Positions 9,007 to 18,971 are shown, numbered from the stretch's first letter. The stretch: DNA of 64,000 nt from an uncultured Planctomycetota bacterium (GCA_963841915.1 CAWJEN010000003.1:128001-192000); one strand, 5' to 3'. Translations and numbers: made by a program. The notes: a model not told the origin generated them from the letters alone.

Positions 9007-11883
9007 TCATGCCGGGACGACGTCGCTGCGGGTGATGACGTCGCTGCGTGTGACCGTGTCTCTCGCTGAATCGGCCGCAGGGGCGGGCCCGGCTGCCACC
9101 GGGGCTTCGTCCTGGACAGACTCGGCTGTTTCTTTCGACTTGGGCCAGACGCCCATGAGCTGCACGCGTTCTGCGGCCAGATCGACGAGGTTCATCACGC
9201 GGTGACGCAGTCGGTATGACGCTAACCAGTAGCCGGTGTAGATGATGAGCGGCACGCCCCACATGGCCAACCCGCCGGGGAAGAGTCGCAGGGTGGCAAT
9301 TGTGGCCAGGATGATCGTCGACAGGATGGCCGCCTTGGTGACGCCGGTCCGTTGTCCACTGACACGGCAGCGAATGAGGCGGCCGTCACCGTGCTTTTCG
9401 GTCACGCTGCTGACGCGGCACTTGGCGAGTCGGCTGCCGAAAAGTTCAAGATCCCACTCGTGCCAACCGCTGTCGCGGCGGACGTGCATCTTGGCCGCCC
9501 GGGCTTCGAGCTCGACGCGGTCGAGCAGGCTGAAACGGTCTCGGTCGCTTTGGCCTTCGGGTGCCCAGCCGTTGCCCCACCAGTAGCGCAGCACGTTGCT
9601 GTCGCTCGGATCGGTCGGCAGCACGCCGCGGCGGCGGAACTTGCTGTCGCCGCTGATCTTGCCGCGAAGGCGGTAGCTGTAGCGGGCCCAGCCGCGGGCA
9701 ATGGGTTGACGCCAGTGCAAATAGGCAACGAGTAGACGCGACCACTTGCGGCGTCGTTTGGGTTCGGGCTGTTGCAGGGCAGCCATGACGGCCAGGCCGG
9801 CAGTCAGCAGTTCCATGCCGATCGCGACGAAGAGCAGCGTCGGCCAGGCGATGCCGACGACGGCCATGAAGCCGGCGACAAGGTGCCACTCGAGGCTCAT
9901 CATGATCGCCGCCGTCAGGCTCGCGGGACGTTTGTAGATCGTCTGGAAGAGGCCCGTGCCTTGGGTGCCGTGGTAGATGATGTCACCACCGATGCGGAGA
10001 CCGACGCTTCCCGGTCCGTCGGGGCCGTAGATGCGGCCGTGCCAGAGCGAGGCACCGAGCGTGTTGAAGCGGTCGACGTGCTTGAACTGCAGCATCGCCT
10101 CGGCCTCGCCGTAGCCACGCTGCTGTTTGAGATACGCCTCGATGGTGTTTCGGCGGTAGTGCCAAACCTGTGCCGCCGGGGCGAAGCCGATGGTGTAACC
10201 CAGATCCTGCAAACGCCAGATGAAGTCGACGTCGTCACCGGCCTTGCGGTACGAGGCGTCGAACCCGCCAACCTCCATCGCCACGTCGCGCCTGAAGGCC
10301 ATGTTGCAGCCCGGCACGTGCTCGGCGGTGCGGTCGTCGATCATGACGTGCGTCGGCCCACCGGGACTCATGCCGACGGCCTCGGCCACGGCACCGGTGT
10401 CGCTGTCGCCTTCGTCAGGAATGAGATTGGGCCCGCCCATACCCGCGTGACCGCTTCGCTTCATGGCCAACACGAGGTGGTACAGCCAATCCTCGTCGGC
10501 CTCGCAGTCGCTGTCGGTGTAGACGACGATCTCGCCACGGGCGGCGTACAGGCCGACGTTGCGGGCGAAGCTCAGGCCGTGATTCGTCTGGCGGATGTTC
10601 CGCACCCGCTTGAAGCGGCGGACGATGTCCTGTGTGTTGTCCTTCGAACCGTCGTCGACAAAGATCACCTCATAATCGGGGTAATTAAGGCGATCCAGAC
10701 TGCGCAGACACGTCTCCACGGTGCTGGCACCGTTGTAACTGCAGACGATGACGCTGGCCTTGGGCAGCACGTCCCAGGCGCAGCGGCCGTCGAGCAGCGC
10801 GGTGTGCGGGGCGTCGGCAAAGACGCGACCGACGGCCTCGAAGGCAGGTTTGGCGACTCTGCGCCCTTGCATGTCACGCGTCGCCTCGACCACGCCGAAC
10901 GCCCAGTCATCGATCCGCCAGCCGTTGACGACCCACTCGTCGGTAAAGCCGAACACAATTGCACCGGCAAGGCCTTCGTCGAAGACAGCCCGCAGGTGGC
11001 CTTCCAGCCGCGTCGCCTGCTCGTCGGGCGTCGCCTCGTGCAGTGTGTCGATGCCGTACTCGCCGAGAATCAGCGGCAGCTCGCCTGCTAGGCTCTGCAG
11101 GCGGGCGAGGTAGTTGCGGAACGCCCGCTCTTCGTGTAGATAGACGTTGAACGTCAGGAAGTCGATGGTCCGTGGCCGGAGGTACTCGGTCGACGGGTAG
11201 TTGCCGAAGGTGAACAGGCAGTCCGGTGCCCAGCGACGACCGACGGCGATAAGGTCGTCCAGCAGGTCATTGGTCACGTCAGCGCCGTTGAACCGCACGA
11301 CCTCCGACGGAATCTCGTTGGCGACGCTGATGGCGAAGATGGCGGGGTGGCTTCCGCAGGACTGGGCGGCCTTCCGCACCGCACGCCGGGCGGCAGCGCG
11401 AACACGTAGCGAGCCTTCGCCCTTGGCGTAACTCAAGTTGCTCGGCCAGGCGACGTCGACCATCACCCTCAGGCCAAGCGACAAACACAGATCCAGGAAC
11501 CACATCGGGGGAGCGTGATACACCCGCACCACCGTCGCACCGCTCTCGGCAATCTGCTGAAGGTCGATGGCAGCGTGTTCTGGCGAGGGCAGCTCCACGC
11601 CGTCCTCACCCGGGGCAAACGGGCCGTAGGCGAAGCCCTTGATGTGGAACTTCTTAGCGTCGTTACCCTCACCAATGCGGAAGAACTTACCGTCACGGCG
11701 GATGCGGGCCGTGGCAGGGTCACCGGCCGCGGACGACGCAGCGCGCCTGCGACCACCTGCCGGTGCGTCGGCATGCTCGGTCCGCGGAAAATCAGGGTCC
11801 TGAACCGGCTGGATGGCAGAATGGGCTGGTTGCGTCATCGGAGGACTCGCGCTGAGCGAGGGGTGGCCAGTGAGGGCCGGCAT
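9007..11883 (-). CDS. Fusion: clan GH-A TIM-barrel glycoside hydrolase + GT2 glycosyltransferase + TM helices
   Basis: GH part KGFAYGP, VRVYH, SVANE, LGEYG; GT2 part VIVCSYN, DDGS, YTDSD, GCNMAF, GDDVD, QQRGYG; C-terminal TMs; start placed by TATGTT-N6-ATG. Confidence 0.85.
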   Translation of the reverse strand: MPALTGHPSLSASPPMTQPAHSAIQPVQDPDFPRTEHADAPAGGRRRAASSAAGDPATARIRRDGKFFRIGEGNDAKKFHIKGFAYGPFAPGEDGVELPSPEHAAIDLQQIAESGATVVRVYHAPPMWFLDLCLSLGLRVMVDVAWPSNLSYAKGEGSLRVRAAARRAVRKAAQSCGSHPAIFAISVANEIPSEVVRFNGADVTNDLLDDLIAVGRRWAPDCLFTFGNYPSTEYLRPRTIDFLTFNVYLHEERAFRNYLARLQSLAGELPLILGEYGIDTLHEATPDEQATRLEGHLRAVFDEGLAGAIVFGFTDEWVVNGWRIDDWAFGVVEATRDMQGRRVAKPAFEAVGRVFADAPHTALLDGRCAWDVLPKASVIVCSYNGASTVETCLRSLDRLNYPDYEVIFVDDGSKDNTQDIVRRFKRVRNIRQTNHGLSFARNVGLYAARGEIVVYTDSDCEADEDWLYHLVLAMKRSGHAGMGGPNLIPDEGDSDTGAVAEAVGMSPGGPTHVMIDDRTAEHVPGCNMAFRRDVAMEVGGFDASYRKAGDDVDFIWRLQDLGYTIGFAPAAQVWHYRRNTIEAYLKQQRGYGEAEAMLQFKHVDRFNTLGASLWHGRIYGPDGPGSVGLRIGGDIIYHGTQGTGLFQTIYKRPASLTAAIMMSLEWHLVAGFMAVVGIAWPTLLFVAIGMELLTAGLAVMAALQQPEPKRRRKWSRLLVAYLHWRQPIARGWARYSYRLRGKISGDSKFRRRGVLPTDPSDSNVLRYWWGNGWAPEGQSDRDRFSLLDRVELEARAAKMHVRRDSGWHEWDLELFGSRLAKCRVSSVTEKHGDGRLIRCRVSGQRTGVTKAAILSTIILATIATLRLFPGGLAMWGVPLIIYTGYWLASYRLRHRVMNLVDLAAERVQLMGVWPKSKETAESVQDEAPVAAGPAPAADSARDTVTRSDVITRSDVVPA

Positions 11884-12089
11884 TCTGGTAACATAAAGGA
11901 AGAGTCTGACCGGTGCGAAGGTTTGATCCAATTCGCCCATCGTCCCATAAGTACGACGCAGCACGTGGGTGCAGCTCGATGACTTGTTCCGGTGACAACG
12001 ATTGGGCCACCTACGCGGAACGGCTTTTGCGAGCGACGGGTTGGTGCGTCTGCGTTTGACACCTGCCGGTCGGGGCGAACACTGCACCC

Positions 12090-13013
12090 ATGGACGAATC
12101 AGCTGTGTCAGTCCCCTCGCTCGAGCACGTCCTGGAGACGTTCGAGGCCGCCCGTGAGGAACTCGAGCTTAACAGCGCCCGCAATGGACAGGTCGTGACG
12201 CTGCCGTCCGAGGGCTCGGTCACGCTCAGCGGCGACCTGCACGACAACCGAACGAACTGGCGAAAGCTCAAATACGTTGCAGACCTCGACAAGGACCCGA
12301 CGCGGCACCTGGTCTTGCACGAACTTATCCACGGCGACCACTTCGACGACGAAGGCCGCGAAGACAGCTGGCGGATGCTGTACGACGCTGCCGAATTGTT
12401 GCTCGACCACCCGGAGCAAGTCCACTTCGTGCTGGCCAATCACGACCTTGCTCAGATTCACGGCGAGGGTATCAGCAAGGGCGGCCTCAGTGTCTGCGAA
12501 GCCTTCACCAAGGCCGTCAAGCGTGATTTCGGGCCGACGTATATGAAGGTCGAAGCAGCGATCACGGAGTTTTTGCTCGGCTTGCCGCTCGGCCTACGCA
12601 TGCCGGGTGCGGGCGTCTTCTTCAGCCACAGCGTGCCCGGTGCCGACGAGCTGGAGGCGTTCGACTACGACGTGTTTGGCCGCGAGCCATTGACGGGTGA
12701 GGACTACCGCCGCCGGGTCGGGCCGGTGTATCAGCTCATCTGGGGCCGCGGTGCCTCTGCCGAGCAGGCGGGCGACTTTGCCGATGCCGTCGGAGCCGAC
12801 ATCGTCATCACCGGTCACCAACCGCAGCCGTCAGGCTACAAACGCAACGGCGACCGCCACCTCATTCTGGCCAGCGACCACTCCCGCGGCGTCTGCCTCG
12901 AATTGCCGCTGGACCGCAAGCTCAAGATGGACGACATCGAGCGTCGCATCAAGCCGTTCGTCTCCATCGACGACAGCGGCGAGGAGACGTCAGGTCGCTA
13001 CGAGATCGGCTGA
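12090..13013 (+). CDS. Calcineurin-like metallophosphoesterase
   Basis: GDLHD, HELIHG, ANHD, SHS, TGHQ motifs. Confidence 0.8.
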   Translation: MDESAVSVPSLEHVLETFEAAREELELNSARNGQVVTLPSEGSVTLSGDLHDNRTNWRKLKYVADLDKDPTRHLVLHELIHGDHFDDEGREDSWRMLYDAAELLLDHPEQVHFVLANHDLAQIHGEGISKGGLSVCEAFTKAVKRDFGPTYMKVEAAITEFLLGLPLGLRMPGAGVFFSHSVPGADELEAFDYDVFGREPLTGEDYRRRVGPVYQLIWGRGASAEQAGDFADAVGADIVITGHQPQPSGYKRNGDRHLILASDHSRGVCLELPLDRKLKMDDIERRIKPFVSIDDSGEETSGRYEIG

Positions 13014-13044
13014 CGCGGCGACGCCTGCCTCAACGCCCATCGAT

Positions 13045-14472
13045 TTACAGCCAGCCAAGCCCCTGAGCGGCAATGGTCGCCAGGCCCAGCAACGCCAGGA
13101 ATCCGACGACATCAGTGACGGTCGTCGCCAGGATGGTTGCCGACTGGGCCGGGTCGAAGCCGAGACGCTTCATCAGAAACGGGATGCCTGCACCCGTCGT
13201 GCAGGCGAGCGTATGGTTGATGAGCAGGGCGAAGAAGACGACGCCCGCGAGGCCGAAGGCGGCGAGGTAGGTTTTGTCGGGATTCGTCGATGAGTAGATG
13301 GCTGCGATGATGGCGGTGATGACGCCGAAGATCAGGCCGGTCAGCAGGCCGCAGAACAATTCGCGTCTGAGCACGTGTCGCAGCAGTTTGTCGTCGACAT
13401 CGCCGAGGCTGATGCCGCGGACGGCAACGGCCATGGCTTGAGCACTGGCGTTGCCACCCATGCCGGCGATGATCGGCATGAAGACCGCCAAGATTGGCAG
13501 CGCCTCGATCATGCCCGCAAAGGCCGCCACCACACCCGCCGACGCAAAGGCAGTCAGCAGGTTCACGCCGAGCCACCAAAACCGCTTGCGAAAGCTGAAA
13601 AACCAGGGCGAATCCAGCCGTTCTTCGACGCCTGCACCGAACAGCTTGTGGACGTCTTCGGTCGTCTCTTCCTGCAAGACGTCGACGATGTCGTCGACCG
13701 TAATGAGTCCGATGAGCCGGCCGCGGTCATCGACCACGGGCATCGCCAGGTAATCGAATCGGCGGAACAGCCGAGCCACCTCTTCCTGGTCCATCGTCGC
13801 GACGACGCTGCGAACGCTGGGAATCATGAGCGTCGCCAGCACCGTGTCGGGCGTGGCCAGAATGAGGTCGCGCATCGACAATACGCCGACGAGATGGCCG
13901 CGAGAATCGACGACGTAGACGTAGAACATCTGCTCGAGCTCCTGGCTCAAGCGACGCAGCGTCTCGATTGCGTCGGCGACACTGAGGTACTCGTAGAGGC
14001 TCGTGACCTCCGTCGTCATGATCCCGCCGGCCGAGTCGGGCGGGTACTTCTCCAGCAGCGTGACTTCTTCGCGGTCGTCTTCGTCTAGCTCGGCGACGAT
14101 GTCGTCGTGCGTCTGTTCCTCACACTCGTCGAGCACGTCGACGCGGTCGTCCGGATCCATCTCACCCAGCACGTTGGCCGCATCCTTGGCCGACATCAGC
14201 GAGACGACCTCTGCCGCCTTGACCGGGTCCATCTCGCTCAGCACGTCGGCTGCGCGTTCGTCATCGAGCAGATCCGCCACCCGCCCGGCTTGCTCTGCGT
14301 CGACTCGCGATAGCACCCGCGCCGCCAGGTGCGCGTCGAACTCGGTCAAACCCTCCGCCAAGGCCGCCGGGTCTTCGAGTTCGACCAGATCGTTCAACTG
14401 CTCGCGGGTGGGCTCGTCAACGGAGTCCGCCTCCTGGCGCTGCATTGTGGTCTCTTCAAGCGTTGTCGACAT
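13045..14472 (-). CDS. mgtE: Magnesium transporter MgtE
   Basis: Acidic N domain, SAGGIMT, two CBS domains, GMGGNA, GFDPA..ATTVTDVVG. Confidence 0.95.
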   Translation of the reverse strand: MSTTLEETTMQRQEADSVDEPTREQLNDLVELEDPAALAEGLTEFDAHLAARVLSRVDAEQAGRVADLLDDERAADVLSEMDPVKAAEVVSLMSAKDAANVLGEMDPDDRVDVLDECEEQTHDDIVAELDEDDREEVTLLEKYPPDSAGGIMTTEVTSLYEYLSVADAIETLRRLSQELEQMFYVYVVDSRGHLVGVLSMRDLILATPDTVLATLMIPSVRSVVATMDQEEVARLFRRFDYLAMPVVDDRGRLIGLITVDDIVDVLQEETTEDVHKLFGAGVEERLDSPWFFSFRKRFWWLGVNLLTAFASAGVVAAFAGMIEALPILAVFMPIIAGMGGNASAQAMAVAVRGISLGDVDDKLLRHVLRRELFCGLLTGLIFGVITAIIAAIYSSTNPDKTYLAAFGLAGVVFFALLINHTLACTTGAGIPFLMKRLGFDPAQSATILATTVTDVVGFLALLGLATIAAQGLGWL

Positions 14473-14608
14473 GCCGGCAGCGTATCGCAATGCAGCAGCA
14501 GACACCGCCTCGCGTTGCCCTGAGAACCGCTGGTCGGCAAAGGCGGAGCGGACCGGGTGCAACCCCTCTTGTTTCGAAAGGTTCCGCGAAACTGCGAGAT
14601 TGCAGGAT

Positions 14609-15082
14609 TCAATCCATCGGGATCGGGCCGTCTTCGTCTTCGTCGCTCTTTTTCACGCGGGCCTTGTTGACGCTGGTCGGATAGGCCGGCTTGTCGTCTG
14701 CTGTGAGGTCGATGCGTTCTGCCGGCTCGCCTCGCTCGGCTCGCGAGGATCGCCTGGGCGAACGATCACCCATCGGGATGATGACTTCCTTCTCTGTCTC
14801 ACCACGGCGAATGACCTCGAACGCGCCCATCATCTCAGTCGTCAGCCCACGCACGCTGAGCCCGCCCGCACTGAGGAACAGGAGCAACACTGCCGCCGCC
14901 TGCAGGATGCCGAGGCCGATCGGCAGGCCGCGATTGCCCGTGTAGAAGGCGACCGGTTGCAGCACGATCAATAACAGCGTCAGGACGAGCGCGATGTAAT
15001 ACTGCGGCCGATTGTCGATCAGTCGGGGAAACAAGACGCAGACGAAGACAAACAACACGATTGCAGTGGTAACGCCGTCCAT
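14609..15082 (-). CDS. Hypothetical membrane protein (3 TM + acidic tail)
   Basis: 157 aa ORF with hydrophobic segments; TAAGCT-N6-ATG upstream. Confidence 0.7.
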   Translation of the reverse strand: MDGVTTAIVLFVFVCVLFPRLIDNRPQYYIALVLTLLLIVLQPVAFYTGNRGLPIGLGILQAAAVLLLFLSAGGLSVRGLTTEMMGAFEVIRRGETEKEVIIPMGDRSPRRSSRAERGEPAERIDLTADDKPAYPTSVNKARVKKSDEDEDGPIPMD

Positions 15083-15184
15083 GCCCGCAGCTTAGCCAGA
15101 TCTGGCCACCGAATGAACCTCGACATCCGCATGCATCACGCGACGCTGAATGTGTACCATGACGGGTTCCACCGGAGGTCCATC

Positions 15185-15694
15185 ATGAAGCTCGGCGCAG
15201 GTATCGGCATCATCTCAGTTCTTCTCGGCGTCGCTCTGATGCTGGTCCTTTTTGCCGGTCCAGTCGGTCCCGGCGGTTCGAGCTACGGCGGCACCGTCGC
15301 CAAGAAGAACAAGGAAGCCAAAGAGCAGGTCCAGCAGTTTAACGGCCGCGACGCTGACGGCAGGCGCCTCAGCGAAACCCTCACGCTCGTGCAATGGCCT
15401 GATGATCGCAGCTTCCGCGGTGCTCTGGTCGAAGCCATTGAAGACGGACAAATCGCTCAGACGCACTTCGGCCTCCAGCCGGGCGACGTCATCAAGCTCA
15501 TCGGCCCGCAGGAAGTTGGCGGCATGATCATCGACAGCGTCGACGTCACGAACGACATGCTCGACGACGCCTATGCCCGCGGGTTTCCGCTGGAGGTCTT
15601 ACGCGACAACCAGACGATCGAGTTGCAGGGCGGCACACCCGATAACGCCGCCGGGGCCATTCCCGGCATCCCTGGCCTGCCGCCTTTGAAGTAG
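15185..15694 (+). CDS. Membrane-anchored protein with PDZ-like domain
   Basis: N-terminal TM; GLQPGDVI..LEVLRD; GGAGG SD upstream. Confidence 0.6.
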   Translation: MKLGAGIGIISVLLGVALMLVLFAGPVGPGGSSYGGTVAKKNKEAKEQVQQFNGRDADGRRLSETLTLVQWPDDRSFRGALVEAIEDGQIAQTHFGLQPGDVIKLIGPQEVGGMIIDSVDVTNDMLDDAYARGFPLEVLRDNQTIELQGGTPDNAAGAIPGIPGLPPLK

Positions 15695-15713
15695 ACTGAC
15701 GCGCTTTGCCCAT

Positions 15714-17216
15714 GTGCCACTTGTTCGGCCGCGGGCGCTTTGCATGAGCGGCCACCCACCACCTCCCGACGCCGCGACGGCGACGCCTCGCTGGCGGCGG
15801 CACGGTCGACTTGCGGCCTGGGCGGTCCTCACCGTCATCGCAGGCCTGTTCGGCCTCCTCGCCCTGTGGCCGATCCGAGGGCCGATTAACCAACATGTGA
15901 CGCTGGTTCGCGGCATCTGGGTCGCCGGCAGCTTCTTGCCGCTGGCGACGTGGCTGCTGCTGGCAACGACGCCCAAAGACGCCATCCTCGTCTCGCCCCG
16001 ACTGGGAAAGCGGCTGATACTTCTCACGGCTGCCGCGCTTGCTGCAAGTTCGCTGTGGCTGACGAGCCCGACGTGGTCGACCGACATTCTGCGGCACGAG
16101 GCTGACGGAGCGACCTGGCTCAGCGGCCGTTCGCCCTACCGGTACACGCCCAACGATTCTGTCACGCCAGGAACCGCCCTGACGAGTGACGACGTGCACG
16201 CGTCCGCCTTTGCGACGCTCCTCGCCGCGGCTCCCGACCGGGATCAGACGTCGCTCGCGCCACCTGCCGTGCAAGCCGTCATCGCTGCGTCGGCGGCGGT
16301 TGAGCTCGTCCTGCCGCGTGGGTCGCCCGAAGCGCTGTCGGCGGTGCGGATCGAGCCCACCGACTGGGCGGGCGCGGTCGAGCGACTGCCGTGGTGGCGA
16401 CGCCTGTTCGTCCTGCGGTTGCTGCTGGCCCTGATCTACTTTGCGACCGTCAACGAGCTGATCGCCTGGATGCGGCAGCGGAACCTCAGCGTCTGGTGGG
16501 CCGGCCTGTACGCTTGGTCACCGGCGGCATGGATCGGCGCGGGCATCCTCGGCGTAGCGGGTGGATTGGCGGCCTTGCTGCTAATCGCGTCTCTCAGGCG
16601 ACTCGAAGCCGAGCGACACCGGCGGTCGGCGGTCGGCCTGGCCGGCGCGGTCGCGGCGTCGCCGTTGTTGCTGCCGCTCGTGCCGTGGATGATCGTCGGG
16701 AAACGGCAGCGGTCGTGGCTGTGGTTCGGCCTCGTTTCGGCGGCGATGTGGGTGCCAGCACTGACCTACCAGTACGGCTACGGCCCATCGGCCCTACGCG
16801 TTGCCCGATACCTTGCAACGCCCGGCGACACCCTCGTCGGCAGCCTGTTCGTCTTCGCGCCGGCCGTCGGGTGGTCGATCTGGCTCGCCGGTCAAGGGTT
16901 GGTGGCGTGGCTCATCAACAAACGTGGTGGCGGGGCGGCGACCGTCGTTTACGGCATGACGCTTTCCTCAACCCTGCTCGCACCGACGTCAGCGGTCGGC
17001 CTGATCTTGCTGCCCATGGCGGTCGCCGTCGCCCCAGGCAGGCGGGGCGGCCTCGCAGCCATCGCGCTCGTCGCCTCTGCCGGTGTGACGCTGTCGCCGA
17101 ACGATGCAACGCCGCCATTGGCGACGCTCGGCTGGTGCTTCGTGGCGGCAGTCGGGCTGCTCGAAGCGCTCGCAGCCGTCCGCCGAACGAGGCGGTCTCG
17201 AGCCTCGACGGCGTGA
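15714..17216 (+). CDS. Polytopic membrane protein, GT-C/GT87-like (degenerate)
   Basis: Many TMs; STDILRHEADG..SPYRYTP resembles the SDDxYRYxWDG..NPY motif; LYAWSP. Confidence 0.55.
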   Translation: MPLVRPRALCMSGHPPPPDAATATPRWRRHGRLAAWAVLTVIAGLFGLLALWPIRGPINQHVTLVRGIWVAGSFLPLATWLLLATTPKDAILVSPRLGKRLILLTAAALAASSLWLTSPTWSTDILRHEADGATWLSGRSPYRYTPNDSVTPGTALTSDDVHASAFATLLAAAPDRDQTSLAPPAVQAVIAASAAVELVLPRGSPEALSAVRIEPTDWAGAVERLPWWRRLFVLRLLLALIYFATVNELIAWMRQRNLSVWWAGLYAWSPAAWIGAGILGVAGGLAALLLIASLRRLEAERHRRSAVGLAGAVAASPLLLPLVPWMIVGKRQRSWLWFGLVSAAMWVPALTYQYGYGPSALRVARYLATPGDTLVGSLFVFAPAVGWSIWLAGQGLVAWLINKRGGGAATVVYGMTLSSTLLAPTSAVGLILLPMAVAVAPGRRGGLAAIALVASAGVTLSPNDATPPLATLGWCFVAAVGLLEALAAVRRTRRSRASTA

Positions 17217-17374
17217 GATTGCGCAAAGGCGGCCGCGGCGGCGCAGTGTGTAACGACTTCGAGTAGTGACGCACCGCCTGGGCAAAAACCGTTAGCAGGT
17301 GCATGCAGGCTTGCTTGCCGCGATTGAAGTGTGCATCACGGCAATTGTAAAACGGTCGGCCGAAAGGCATAAAA

Positions 17375-17390
17375 TGTTCCACGTGGAACA
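17375..17390. promoter_or_regulatory. parS site
   Basis: Perfect palindrome TGTTCCACGTGGAACA matching the ParB-binding consensus. Confidence 0.92.
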
Positions 17391-17400
17391 ATTGCCGAGT

Positions 17401-17416
17401 AGTTCCACGTGGAACA
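17401..17416. promoter_or_regulatory. parS site
   Basis: AGTTCCACGTGGAACA, one mismatch. Confidence 0.85.
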
Positions 17417-17522
17417 GTGCTCTGGCGGAGCGTCAGACGGGGCTCGACGTCGTTGAAGCTGCTAGAAGGCCATTCTGCCGAAGTGCCGACTCGATTTGGC
17501 CGCCGCGGCGCACCGCCAAAGC

Positions 17523-18287
17523 TTAATCGGCCGCCGGAATTCGGATGCGGAATGTTGTGCCGACTCCGACTTCACTGGCAACGTCGATGGTGCCGCCGAC
17601 CCGTTGGACGAGCCGCCGGCAGACCGTGAGGCCGAGTCCGGATCCGCCTTCCTCGCCGCTGGCAAAGGCGTCGAACAGCACAGGCAGGCGAGCCGAGTCG
17701 ATCCCACCGGCAGAGTCGCTCACCAGCAACTCGACTGTTGCGTCTTCACACCAGGAAGACAGATGCAGCGTCCGGCGGTGGTCGGCGACGTTGAGCAGGG
17801 CACGTCGCGCGTTCAGCAAAAGGTTCAGCAGCACGTGCTCGAAGGCAACACGCCCGATGCCGATACGGGCAGGCGTGATGGCCAATTCGACGCCGATGCC
17901 GTCGGCGTCGGGTGACGTCGGTAAGGCTGCGATGGCCCCGCGGACGCACTGCTCCAGGTCGGCAGATTCGGTTGCCGGAGAAGCGTCTTCGAGGATCGAG
18001 CGGCACAGGTCACCGGCCCGCTCGGCGGCGGCCAGACAACGGTCGAAGGCGTGGCGGGCCCGGTCCAGATCATCGGCAGAGGGCGCACCCTCTTGAAGCG
18101 CCCGACGCCCCAGTTTCGCCCAACCGGCCGCCGGGGTGAGCACGTTGTTGAACTCATGAGCCAGCGACGCCGCCAACGTGCCGAGGCTCGCTAGGCGTTC
18201 GTCATGTGCAACTTGCCCGGCCACACTCATGGTTTCGACTTCAGGGCCACGTTGTGCCAGCGGCCTCGTGTTATCCGGACGTTCCAC
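17523..18287 (-). CDS. Sensor-less histidine kinase (HisKA + HATPase)
   Basis: H box LAHEFNN, N box NLLLNA, DSAGGI, LFDAF, GSGLGL; start uncertain. Confidence 0.85.
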   Translation of the reverse strand: MERPDNTRPLAQRGPEVETMSVAGQVAHDERLASLGTLAASLAHEFNNVLTPAAGWAKLGRRALQEGAPSADDLDRARHAFDRCLAAAERAGDLCRSILEDASPATESADLEQCVRGAIAALPTSPDADGIGVELAITPARIGIGRVAFEHVLLNLLLNARRALLNVADHRRTLHLSSWCEDATVELLVSDSAGGIDSARLPVLFDAFASGEEGGSGLGLTVCRRLVQRVGGTIDVASEVGVGTTFRIRIPAAD

Positions 18288-18295
18288 GTGGAACC
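18280..18295. promoter_or_regulatory. parS site overlapping the kinase 5' end
   Basis: CGTTCCACGTGGAACC; perfect 14-bp core. Confidence 0.75.
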
Positions 18296-18374
18296 GTGCG
18301 ACGGCATGGAACTTGCTATAGCTGCCCTGTGAGCTTCGGCCCTGCGTCGCGGACGCAACATCGGTGGTGGTGGC

Positions 18375-18968
18375 GTGTCAGAACGACAGGACACGTGGTT
18401 GTCGATCGGCACTTTGGCCGATGAAACAACATCGACCGCCGCCGGCAAGGTTGCCGAAGCACTTGATCCAGGAGACCTTTTGAACACTCTGCTCCATCCG
18501 GCCGAAGCCAGCGACCTCACCAACCCTGCCAGCGGCGGGGCCCGCAAGCACGGGTACGCCTACAGCTTCGACCGCGAGACCTTCCGCGGTTGCCACGCGA
18601 CCCGTATCGAAGCCGTCGCCGCCGCCGAGGAGACGCTGGCGACCTACTCCGCGCCCGTCGAGGCGATCTGGGTCGGCCGTATCACACAGGCAGAGCCACC
18701 CGTCGAGCAGCTCGGCGAGCTTGTCCTGAACGAGCTGGCGGACCGTCAGGCTGATGAAGGCGTAGAGGCGGTCGTCGCCAACGAAGACGCCCGTGACGAG
18801 CTCGATGCCCGTCTGGCGAGCCTGCTGCGGGCATGGATGGACGACTACGGCCTGCTTGCACCGCGTGGCGTGGAGTCAGTCAGCGAGCACCCGATACGTG
18901 TCGTCCCGCACGTCAACAGCGATGGCGAGGCCGGTAGGGAAATATCGCTCATCGGCGACGTCGGCTGA
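18375..18968 (+). CDS. Hypothetical protein
   Basis: 197 aa acidic ORF filling the gap between kinase and regulator. Confidence 0.65.
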   Translation: MSERQDTWLSIGTLADETTSTAAGKVAEALDPGDLLNTLLHPAEASDLTNPASGGARKHGYAYSFDRETFRGCHATRIEAVAAAEETLATYSAPVEAIWVGRITQAEPPVEQLGELVLNELADRQADEGVEAVVANEDARDELDARLASLLRAWMDDYGLLAPRGVESVSEHPIRVVPHVNSDGEAGREISLIGDVG

Positions 18969-18971
18969 GGC

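Noticed and set aside
14473..14608. M-box (ykoK) riboswitch upstream of mgtE
   Set aside because: No recognisable consensus, and a -10 hexamer 6 nt before the ATG suggests there is no leader
17217..17522. oriC candidate next to parS
   Set aside because: No TTATCCACA-type DnaA boxes or AT-rich unwinding element seen; no dnaA or dnaN nearby
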